From assembly GCA_963790475.1 (NCBI GenBank), contig CAWBOS010000015.1:578369-642368 (forward strand): 64,000 nt of DNA, in the 5' to 3' direction. A program made the position numbers and the translations under genes. The stretch comes from an uncultured delta proteobacterium. GTDB taxonomy: Bacteria > Desulfobacterota > RBG-13-43-22. Under the pieces are notes generated by a model. It was not told where the DNA came from, searched no databases, and saw nothing but the letters and a program-made list of their open reading frames with translations. Shown piece after piece: positions 1 to 8,121 of the stretch. Each line of letters starts with the position of its first letter. The stretch's first letter is position 1.

Positions 1-121
1 TTTTTGATTCACCATGAATAAGATAGGATTCATCTTAGCGATTATGGCTTGACTTTACCGTTTCATTCTGTTACAAACCGGCCTTATTTAGGGTCAAAAA
101 ACGGTAAAAGGAGAAAGAAGC

Positions 122-1063
122 ATGGATATTTATTTGCCCATCGCCAGCATGAGCATCAATATCTTTTTGCTCATAGGTCTGGGCGGGTTAGTCGGGTTTT
201 TATCCGGGTTGTTCGGGGTGGGCGGAGGTTTTCTGCTCACACCTCTCCTGATTTTTTCAGGTATCCCCCCTACCGTTGCCGCAGCCAGTGATTCCAATCA
301 GATCGTAGCTGCCGCCTCTTCCGGGGCTTATGCCCACAGCCGCATGGGAAATGTGGATTTGAAAATGGGTATCATCATCCTGGTGGGAGGGATCGTCGGC
401 GGATCTATCGGGGTCCAGATCATCAAGGTCCTTAGGGTCATGGGGAATGTGGACTTTGTTATCAAACTGATTTATGTCATCATGCTGGGGTCCATCGGGT
501 CCTTTATGTTTATTGAAAGCCTCAATGCCTTGAGACGGAGTAAAGTCCAGGTGGGAGAAGACGCCCATCCGCACGAACCGAAAGAATCATCGGTCCGGAA
601 ACTGGCGGCCAAACTCCCTTTGCAGATGCACTTTGAGAAATCCCGCATGTCCACCTCGGCCATTTTCCCTTTTGTTTTAGGGACCGCGGTGGGCATCCTG
701 GCCGCCATCATGGGGGTAGGCGGGGGATTCATTATGGTGCCTTCCATGATTTATATCCTCGGTATGCCGACCATCGTGGCTATCGGGACCGATCTGTTTC
801 AGATCGTGTTGACCTGTATCAACGTCACCGTCCAACAGGCCATCCGAAACCATACGGTGGACCTGATCCTGGTGATCCTTCTCTTTATCGGATCCACGAT
901 CGGGGCTCAAGTCGGAGCGAGGGTCAGCCGGCATTTGCGGGGGGAGCAATTACGTATCCTTCTGGCCGTCATTGTCTTAATCGTCATGGTCAAAATGTTG
1001 ATTGATTTATTGGTGACACCCGATAACCTGATCAGCCTGGCCAGGGGAGGGGGTGGCCACTGA
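122..1063 (+). CDS. TSUP (TauE/SafE, sulfite exporter) family membrane protein
   Basis: Two repeats of the G(L/I)(F/M)GVGGGF motif, about 8 hydrophobic segments, C-terminal GGGGH. Confidence 0.9.
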   Translation: MDIYLPIASMSINIFLLIGLGGLVGFLSGLFGVGGGFLLTPLLIFSGIPPTVAAASDSNQIVAAASSGAYAHSRMGNVDLKMGIIILVGGIVGGSIGVQIIKVLRVMGNVDFVIKLIYVIMLGSIGSFMFIESLNALRRSKVQVGEDAHPHEPKESSVRKLAAKLPLQMHFEKSRMSTSAIFPFVLGTAVGILAAIMGVGGGFIMVPSMIYILGMPTIVAIGTDLFQIVLTCINVTVQQAIRNHTVDLILVILLFIGSTIGAQVGARVSRHLRGEQLRILLAVIVLIVMVKMLIDLLVTPDNLISLARGGGGH

Positions 1064-1935
1064 TGGAACGAAAGGAGGTTCAAGGTTCAAGGTTCAAGGT
1101 TCAAGGTTTTGAAAAATCCAATTCGATGTTTGACGGCGTCCCATTAATAAGAGGACATAAGATGCTGGCTTTTATGGGTATCGTTTTAATAGTCCTCCTG
1201 GTAACCAGTCACTATGGACTGGCAGGGACCCTGAGTTTCCAGCCCGCTTCTTTGGAAAGAACCCTCTTTTCCAAACGGTTCCAGGACCTGACGATCAGCG
1301 GTCCGGTCCCTGAAGGGGCTCAGGTCATTCTCAAAATCATTTCCCCAACGAAGACCTTCAATTTAAACAAGTCCGGTAAAGGGCTGGGATTCGTCTGGCT
1401 GCCCATCAGCCACGCCGAAGTCAAAAAACTTCCCGGCATGGTGGCCCTGCTCAGCTCCAGCAAAATATCGGGAATGCTCTCTCCCGAGCAACAAAAGGCC
1501 AATGGTCTTTCTCCGGATTACCAGGAAATCTATACCCAGGCTGAAATCCATTTTAAAGACCCCCCCAAAGAAGCCGAGGTCGCCGCATTAAAAAAAGAAT
1601 ATATCGCCGGGCTGATTAAAATTATGGAGCAGGGCGGACTTTATCAGGTGAAAGAGGCGGCTGTACAATTATCCGGGAATCAATTTACCGCCCGGATCAA
1701 ACAGCCGGCCGATGCCCCCTTGGGAGAATACCAGGTTTTTTGTTATGCCGTTAAAGAGGGCAACGTTGTTCTCCAGTCACAAGAAAAATTCCAGGTCAAA
1801 CAAATCGGCTTGGCTGAGTGGCTTACCCATCAGGCCGGTTCTAATGCGGTGGTCTATGGATTCATGGCCGCGCTGATAGCTATTGCGGTTGGACTCCTGG
1901 TCGGGTTGGTATTTAAAAAAGGGGGGGGGCACTAA
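1063..1935 (+). CDS. TIGR02186-like protein (signal peptide, periplasmic domain, C-terminal TM); true start probably ATG 1162
   Basis: Follows the TSUP gene; GK-G-VW motif; C-terminal TM then KKGGGH; GAGGA RBS at 1151-1155 before ATG 1162. Confidence 0.7.
   Translation: MERKEVQGSRFKVQGFEKSNSMFDGVPLIRGHKMLAFMGIVLIVLLVTSHYGLAGTLSFQPASLERTLFSKRFQDLTISGPVPEGAQVILKIISPTKTFNLNKSGKGLGFVWLPISHAEVKKLPGMVALLSSSKISGMLSPEQQKANGLSPDYQEIYTQAEIHFKDPPKEAEVAALKKEYIAGLIKIMEQGGLYQVKEAAVQLSGNQFTARIKQPADAPLGEYQVFCYAVKEGNVVLQSQEKFQVKQIGLAEWLTHQAGSNAVVYGFMAALIAIAVGLLVGLVFKKGGGH
1076..1108 (+). repeat. Heptamer tandem repeat (AGGTTCA)x4.7
   Basis: Read directly: aggttca aggttca aggttca aggttca aggtt. Confidence 0.9.
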
Positions 1936-2020
1936 GAGACAGGGAGAAACGGAGACACGGAGAAGCCTTTTCTCCGCCTCCCTCCATCGCCGAGTCTCTT
2001 TTCATCGTGTCTCCCCCTCA
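1936..2020. repeat. Inverted degenerate 8-mer repeat arms (GGAGACAC-like / GTGTCTCC-like) between convergent genes
   Basis: gagacagggagaaacggagacacggaga followed by tctccgcctc...gtgtctcccc. Confidence 0.6.
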
Positions 2021-4647
2021 TTGCGTCGTCTGCTCTCAAAGTCGTTTTCTGATAGAGAAGTTTGTCCATCTTTTTTAAAGGAATAATTCCCGTCCATAAA
2101 GGCCCGGACATACCATTCCACCACCCCATCGCTATACATGACCATGTCCAGTTGCCGGGAACAGCACATCAGGCGGCCCAGGTAATCTAATTTTTCTTCC
2201 GTAACCCGCCCGGTGTATTTCATCAGCTTGGCCATGAGCCAATCCCCCTTCAACTCCACTTCAAAATCCAGGTTTTTCAAAACCCCACTGATAAACCGGG
2301 CCCGCCGCGCCCTGCGTTCGGAGCTGGAGCCTCCGCCCATAAAATGAAAAGTGATATAATTGTTATTTTTGGTTTCTGAGCAATAGGTATCGACCGTGCT
2401 GAAATGATAGGCCAAACGGGAACTAAAATTCATGTAGTTTTTTGAGATCAGGGCATAACTGCGGTCCCCCATGGTCTGGCCATAGCGAGCGGAATCCGAA
2501 AGAGTGTTCAGCATGACCGAGGCAAACCCCTTCAAATCGACTTCCACCATACCGGTCCAGCTCACTCCCGGATGGGTCAATCCCCGCCAGAGGGCCTTCA
2601 TGGGTATGGAGATGATTTCTTCCGGCTGGACATTCTTCCGCGGCCTATTCGATGGGGTCAGACCACCCTCTAGATCAATCATATAGAGATTGATCGGGAT
2701 GTCGGAGATCAATCTCTTGGCTTGCTCTTTTTTAGAGGCTTTTTCCACTTCATTAAACCGGAACATCTCCTGGATGGAAATCTCATGGATGTAGCGGGTG
2801 ATATCATGGAAGGTGCGGCAGTTTTGTGATTGAAAAGATGCATCCCGGGGATCGACTAACTTTAAAGGAACGATGACCGAAAGGACCTCTTCCAGTTTTT
2901 TCAGGATCGCCGTCTGCTTGAGATTGCTTTCCACTTTCCCTTTTTCTTTTTCGATTAATTCCTCAATGACCCCCTGATAGATTTTATTCCTGATGGCATC
3001 CACGGTTACTAATTGCCCTGTTTTAAGCAGTTGGGTGGCTTCCCGGGTATCGACAATGGTCGGGATTTGAAATTCTCTGGCCAGAGAAGCCATATGACCG
3101 GTGACATTCCCGATATCGGTTATGATAGCCGCAGCCCGATTCATGACCGTCACATATTTGGGGGCCGTATGTTTAACGACCAGGACCCCTCCTTCAGGAA
3201 ACTGGATCAGATCCTGATCCTGTCTAACCAGGACCACCGGGCCAGCCCCGATCCCGGGAGAGGCCACCACGCCCCAATCGATCAGGACCTGATCAGGGCC
3301 AATCTCCGGAAGAGCGGTTTCTTCTGCCCCGATCTTCGATGAAGATATTTTCAAGGGACGGGTCTGGAGGAGAAAAAGTTCCCCCGCCTCATCAATAGCC
3401 CATTCAATATCCTGGGGTTTCTGATAGTGGTTTTCCAATTTAAGACCGTATTCAAATAATTGCTGAAGGGTCTCATCATTCAGACAGGGTTTCCCCTGGT
3501 CTTCTTCCGGGACATGGGTTTCCATAACCCCGGCCAATGGATGACTGACCAGCATAACCTCTTGTCTGGGGATCCTTTTTTCCAGAATCCGACCGTTTTC
3601 TTTGGATATGACATAGACATTGGGACTGACCTGACCGCTTACCGCATATTGGCCTAATCCCCAGACGGCGCTGATAATGACCGTGCTTTGAGCAAGGTTG
3701 TTCGGATCCTGGGTATACATAATCCCGCTGGTTCTGGCGGAAATCATGGACAGACACCCCACGCTCATGGCGATGTCTTCCTCGTTAAATCCTTTATCTT
3801 TCCAGTAGAAGATGGCCCGGGGGGTGAACTTACTGGCCACGATTTCCTTATAGGTTTGCAGGAGATTGTCGCGATGGACATTCAGGGCTGTGGCATATTG
3901 CCCGGCAAAAGTCATCTCACTGTCCTCCCCGACCGCGCTGCTTCGGATGGAGATAGGGATTTTCCCCCCGGCCTTGGCCATGAGCTGCTCGTAAGAGTCC
4001 AGTATGGCCTTTTCCAGGGTTGGAGGTATTTTGGCCAGGAGGATGGATTGTTGGATTTTTTTACCGGCCAGGGCAATGGCTTCCAAGTCGCTTCCGTCTA
4101 ATGAATCCAATTGTTTTCGGATTTGCTTTTCCAGGTCGTTTTCCCCGATAAAGATCTTGTAGGCATAGGAGGTGATGGCAAACCCATCGGGAACCGGCAG
4201 CCCGACCCGGTTTCTCATTTCCCCGAGATTGGCATTTTTACCCCCTACCTGGTCCATCATATCCCGGGTGATCTTGTTAAGGGAAAGGGTAAAGGAGGAG
4301 AATGGGATCTCTTTCCTGCCGAAGACCGTTTGTTTAACGGTTTGATCAACTTGGTCAAAAACATCATAAAGGAGGCCGAACCTTTTGGGAGCCATCCGGT
4401 TCAAGGCCTCCACCATTTCGAAGACCCGGTCTCTTAACCGGGCATAACCGGCCCGAATATACTGACGGTCGAATATATATTCCCCGCTGGAATATTTTTC
4501 CTCCATATCCCCCATAACCTCCAGGGCCTCATTGTTGGCTTGAAGAAGGGACTGGAAGGCCCGGAACCTTTCCTGGAGGGAGGGAACCTTCTCCTGGTTC
4601 TTTCTTAAATATCTGTTGCGGGATAGGAAGTTAGAAAAATTTATCAT
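2002..4647 (-). CDS. PEP-synthase/PPDK-like protein (ATP-grasp + phospho-His swivel domain + atypical C-terminal domain), paralog 1
   Basis: VGGKNANLGEM, IRSSAVGED, FAGQY, QDIEWAID, LQTRPL and TGHMASLAREF motifs; no ENPxLGxRG or GxNDL TIM-barrel motif. Confidence 0.85.
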   Translation of the reverse strand: MINFSNFLSRNRYLRKNQEKVPSLQERFRAFQSLLQANNEALEVMGDMEEKYSSGEYIFDRQYIRAGYARLRDRVFEMVEALNRMAPKRFGLLYDVFDQVDQTVKQTVFGRKEIPFSSFTLSLNKITRDMMDQVGGKNANLGEMRNRVGLPVPDGFAITSYAYKIFIGENDLEKQIRKQLDSLDGSDLEAIALAGKKIQQSILLAKIPPTLEKAILDSYEQLMAKAGGKIPISIRSSAVGEDSEMTFAGQYATALNVHRDNLLQTYKEIVASKFTPRAIFYWKDKGFNEEDIAMSVGCLSMISARTSGIMYTQDPNNLAQSTVIISAVWGLGQYAVSGQVSPNVYVISKENGRILEKRIPRQEVMLVSHPLAGVMETHVPEEDQGKPCLNDETLQQLFEYGLKLENHYQKPQDIEWAIDEAGELFLLQTRPLKISSSKIGAEETALPEIGPDQVLIDWGVVASPGIGAGPVVLVRQDQDLIQFPEGGVLVVKHTAPKYVTVMNRAAAIITDIGNVTGHMASLAREFQIPTIVDTREATQLLKTGQLVTVDAIRNKIYQGVIEELIEKEKGKVESNLKQTAILKKLEEVLSVIVPLKLVDPRDASFQSQNCRTFHDITRYIHEISIQEMFRFNEVEKASKKEQAKRLISDIPINLYMIDLEGGLTPSNRPRKNVQPEEIISIPMKALWRGLTHPGVSWTGMVEVDLKGFASVMLNTLSDSARYGQTMGDRSYALISKNYMNFSSRLAYHFSTVDTYCSETKNNNYITFHFMGGGSSSERRARRARFISGVLKNLDFEVELKGDWLMAKLMKYTGRVTEEKLDYLGRLMCCSRQLDMVMYSDGVVEWYVRAFMDGNYSFKKDGQTSLSENDFESRRRNEGETR

Positions 4648-4727
4648 AATTCAATTTATATCTTCTTGGCCGTTGGGAATAATCGCTCGCAGATTTATCA
4701 CTGGAGGATTGATTGTTGGGTTGGATT

Positions 4728-5150
4728 TTATTTCGACCCTGGGTTTAATTGGGCTTTAAGGTTCTTTATTTCCTTTTTCATGGCCTCCCATTCCATAGCC
4801 CGATTGATGGTGATAATGATCTGATCTTTTCGAAAAGGTTTGGTTATATAATCATAAGCCCCTTCGGTAATCGATTCTTCCGCCGATTGAGATGAGCCGT
4901 AAGCGGTTATGACAATGACCGGGATATCCGGATCGATTTTTTTGGTCTCTCGTATCAGATCAATCCCATTCAATCCCGGCATGCGAAGATCGGTGATCAA
5001 CAGGTCGAAAGGCTCCCCCTTCAGCAAAGGGGGGACCTCCAGAGGATTATTGGTGGTCACTACCTGGTGGGGCGTCCTTTCGACAATGATCATCTCTAAC
5101 AGTTCCAGAATATCCGGCTCGTCATCCACAATCAGGATTTTTCCTCCCAT
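4728..5150 (-). CDS. Stand-alone response regulator receiver protein
   Basis: ILIVDDE, TDLRMPG, TAYG, YITKPF; no output domain. Confidence 0.92.
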   Translation of the reverse strand: MGGKILIVDDEPDILELLEMIIVERTPHQVVTTNNPLEVPPLLKGEPFDLLITDLRMPGLNGIDLIRETKKIDPDIPVIVITAYGSSQSAEESITEGAYDYITKPFRKDQIIITINRAMEWEAMKKEIKNLKAQLNPGSK

Positions 5151-5188
5151 AGCATCCCCCTTTTATTTTTATCAAAAAACCTCTGGGG

Positions 5189-5623
5189 CTACCCGGCGGA
5201 ACCCTTTTTAAACTTTTCCAGTTCGGCCTTAAGGGCAATATTCTCTTTTTGAAGCCGTCTCCATTTCATGACTTTTTCAATAGTCAGCAGAATCTGTTCC
5301 TGGCGGAAAGGCTTGGTGATGTAGTCGAAGGCCCCTTTACGCATGGCTTCCACTGCCGACTCGATGGTTCCATAGGCCGTAATAATGATAAAAGGGAGTT
5401 GATCGTCAACCTGTTTGACCATCTCGATCAATTCGATACCGTCGATATCGGGCATCCGAAGGTCGGTAATCATTAAATCAACGGGCTGCTTCTTCAACAA
5501 ATCCGGCACTTCCAGAGGTGAATTGGTGGTGATCACTTCGTATTCCGTCCGATCGGTGATAATCAATTCCAGCAGTTCCAGCATGTCGATTTCATCATCA
5601 ACGATGAGAATCCTTTCAGCCAT
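5189..5623 (-). CDS. Stand-alone response regulator receiver protein
   Basis: ILIVDDE, TDLRMPD, TAYG, YITKPF; only a short coiled tail. Confidence 0.92.
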   Translation of the reverse strand: MAERILIVDDEIDMLELLELIITDRTEYEVITTNSPLEVPDLLKKQPVDLMITDLRMPDIDGIELIEMVKQVDDQLPFIIITAYGTIESAVEAMRKGAFDYITKPFRQEQILLTIEKVMKWRRLQKENIALKAELEKFKKGSAG

Positions 5624-5624
5624 C

Positions 5625-7890
5625 TTACGCTCCCTTCTTTTCCGCTTCCCGTTTGGAGTGATAGACGGGAAGGGTTACCGTAAAGCTGGTCCCATGGTTT
5701 ATCGGGTCCTCTTCTTCGGTTTTGGTTTCCAGATGGATAGTCCCCTGATAATGATTGACGATTCCATAGGTGACGGTCAATCCCAAGCCTGTGCCTTCTC
5801 CCACCTTTTTGGTGGTAAAGAAAGGATCATAGATCTTTTCTCTATGCTCTTTCCTGATGCCCGTTCCGCTGTCGGCAATGACTGACTTCCACCTTATCGG
5901 AATAGATCTGCCAGTGGGATATGACGGTCAGCAGGCCGCCCTTGGGCATGGCGGCGACGGCATTGTTCATTAAATTCAGAAAAACCTGTTGTAATTGGAC
6001 CGGGTCGGCCTTGACCCTGGGCAGGTTCGGTTCCAATTCTTTCTTTAACTGGACTTTTTTAATCATCAAATTGTTTTCGACCACGGCCAAGACTGTTTCC
6101 AAATTGAGATTGATATCGCTGATAGTATCGGAATGTTCGGTGTATCGGGAAAAACTGAGCAGATTTTCAACGACTTTTTTACAGTGATTGCCTTGGCGCT
6201 CTATCTTTTCCAGGACTTTGTGGGTCTTATCATCCGCCGGTATCTTATCCAGCATATAATCACAGTACCCCAGGATAACCCCCAGGGGATTGTTGATCTC
6301 ATGAGCGACACCGGCGGCCAACAGCCCCAGGGAGGCCAGTTTCTCAGTATTGATCATTTGCTTTTCTATATTTTTTTTCTCCGTAATATCCCGGGAGATC
6401 CCCAGCAGGCCCTGAACCTGACCCTCATCATCTTTGATGGCGATCAGTTGGGTGTGCAACCAAACATCATTGGCTCCAATCTTCAGGCTGTGTTCTATGG
6501 TCTTGGGTCGGCCCGTTTGCCAAATCTCATCAAATAACTGCGGGTGAAAAAAGCCGTCGGAGGGGAAAAATTCAACCAGTTTTCTGCCGATAAAATTTTC
6601 CGATTGTTCTTCATAGGGGAGCTTAGAGCCTTTTTCTGATTCAGGATTGACCAGTGCCCCTCTCAGAAAAATGGCCCCATACTGATTCAACGATATAAAT
6701 CTTCCCTCCCGGTCGGCAGAGAAAATGATATCCTGGGCCCCTTCCACCAATTTTTTATACCGCTCTTCCGAGTGTTGCAGGTCTTTGGTCTTGTTCTCCA
6801 CTTCGGTTTTCAGGGTCTTGGTGTATTGCCATTCGAACCCGATGATCGTCAGACTCCCCAGGATGATGGCGAAGATGATGAACCCCTGCATAATAAATTG
6901 CCAGAGATAGGGCCTGTGAATCACCTCATCGATTTCCGTGGCCGGGGCTACCACAGCCACTGCCCAATTAACCGATGGAGAAGTTCCATGAAGGCGGACC
7001 GGGGCATAGGCGATCAATTTGTTGATATTTCCCCGCTCCCCGCGGTGCCATCCCGAAACATACCAGGAGGTGCCCTGCTGGCCGGCGAGCATCTTTTCCT
7101 TCTGTATTCGATTGATCTGATCAAAAGAGATCTTGGCCGCCCGCTGGCCCCTGACGGCAAAGGCATTTTTTCCGATAAATTCCGGAACCGGGTGATAAAT
7201 AAAATTCCCATCATCATCAATGGCCCAGGCATAGCCGGTTTTTCCGGAGCGGATGTCCTTGAGCATCTGGGTTACAAAATATTCCTTATCGAGCGTGAGA
7301 TATAAATAACCGGCATACTGAAAACTGGAAATCGGATGGGCATCATCGACCGCTTCCAGATAAGTCGGAATAACGATTTTCATGACCGGCCTGACCGCAG
7401 TACCGTTTTGTTTGTAGGCCGGTATCAGGGATACTCTGTTTTTATTTTCCAGTCTTTTAGACCAAAGAAAAGGGTCCCGGTCGGCTTCAGAAACGGAGGC
7501 CATGCGAATTTCCTGTTTATCCGTAACCACAAAGAGGGATTTACCGGAAGAGGAGACCCGTCCGATCTCCAGCACCCCGGTTTCTTGCATGGTGGATAAG
7601 GTGATTTTTATCCGGTTGGCCCAGGAGACCTTCTCCAGATATTGCACGGAAGGGGATTGGTTCAGCATTTTCAGCTCTTGAATGATATTGGAAAATTTGT
7701 TTTCAAGCTGACGGGCCGCATGGGTCGCCAGTTCCAACTGCTGCTGATTGAACTGATCACCGACGATCTCTTTCATATACCGGAGCGAATAAAACCCGAC
7801 GATCAGACCGGCGATCAATAAGGAGACCGTAAATATCCCGATACCCAGAATGAATTTTTTTGTTTTGATGAACATGAAAAACCTTTCCAA
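5625..7890 (-). CDS. Cache/PAS sensor histidine kinase, interrupted by a single +1 frameshift near 5882
   Basis: Two TMs, periplasmic Cache-like region, PAS, AHEINNPL H-box and N-box in the 5842-7890 ORF; DSGTGI, DPFFTTK and GTGLGL boxes continue in the next frame to TAA 5627-5625. Confidence 0.88.
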
Positions 7891-7918
7891 AGATAATGTA
7901 CGAGTTGCGAGTTACAGG

Positions 7919-8051
7919 TGATGAACTCGCAAAAAGTCACCGAAGCCCGCATTAGTCATTCCGGCGAAAGCCGGAATCCAGTGATTTTAAGTAGTTTTAA
8001 TCTCCTGGACCCCGGCTTTCGCCGGGGTGACGACTTTTTGCGAATCCATCA
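7919..8051. mobile_element. MITE-like element, family A (20-bp TIRs enclosing two REP-like GAAA hairpins), 4-bp TSD CAGG
   Basis: TGATGAACTCGCAAAAAGTC ... GACTTTTTGCGAATCCATCA; CAGG at 7915-7918 and 8052-8055. Confidence 0.8.
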
Positions 8052-8121
8052 CAGGTTACGGGTTAAGGACAATCCGCCTATATTCTTAAAACCCGCAACT
8101 CGCAACTCGCAGCCTTCGTTA

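Noticed and set aside
1915-1929. A6-G9 tract as a phase-variation switch
   Set aside because: It lies in the last codons (KKGGG) and is explained by the Gly-rich tail; slippage would alter only the terminus.
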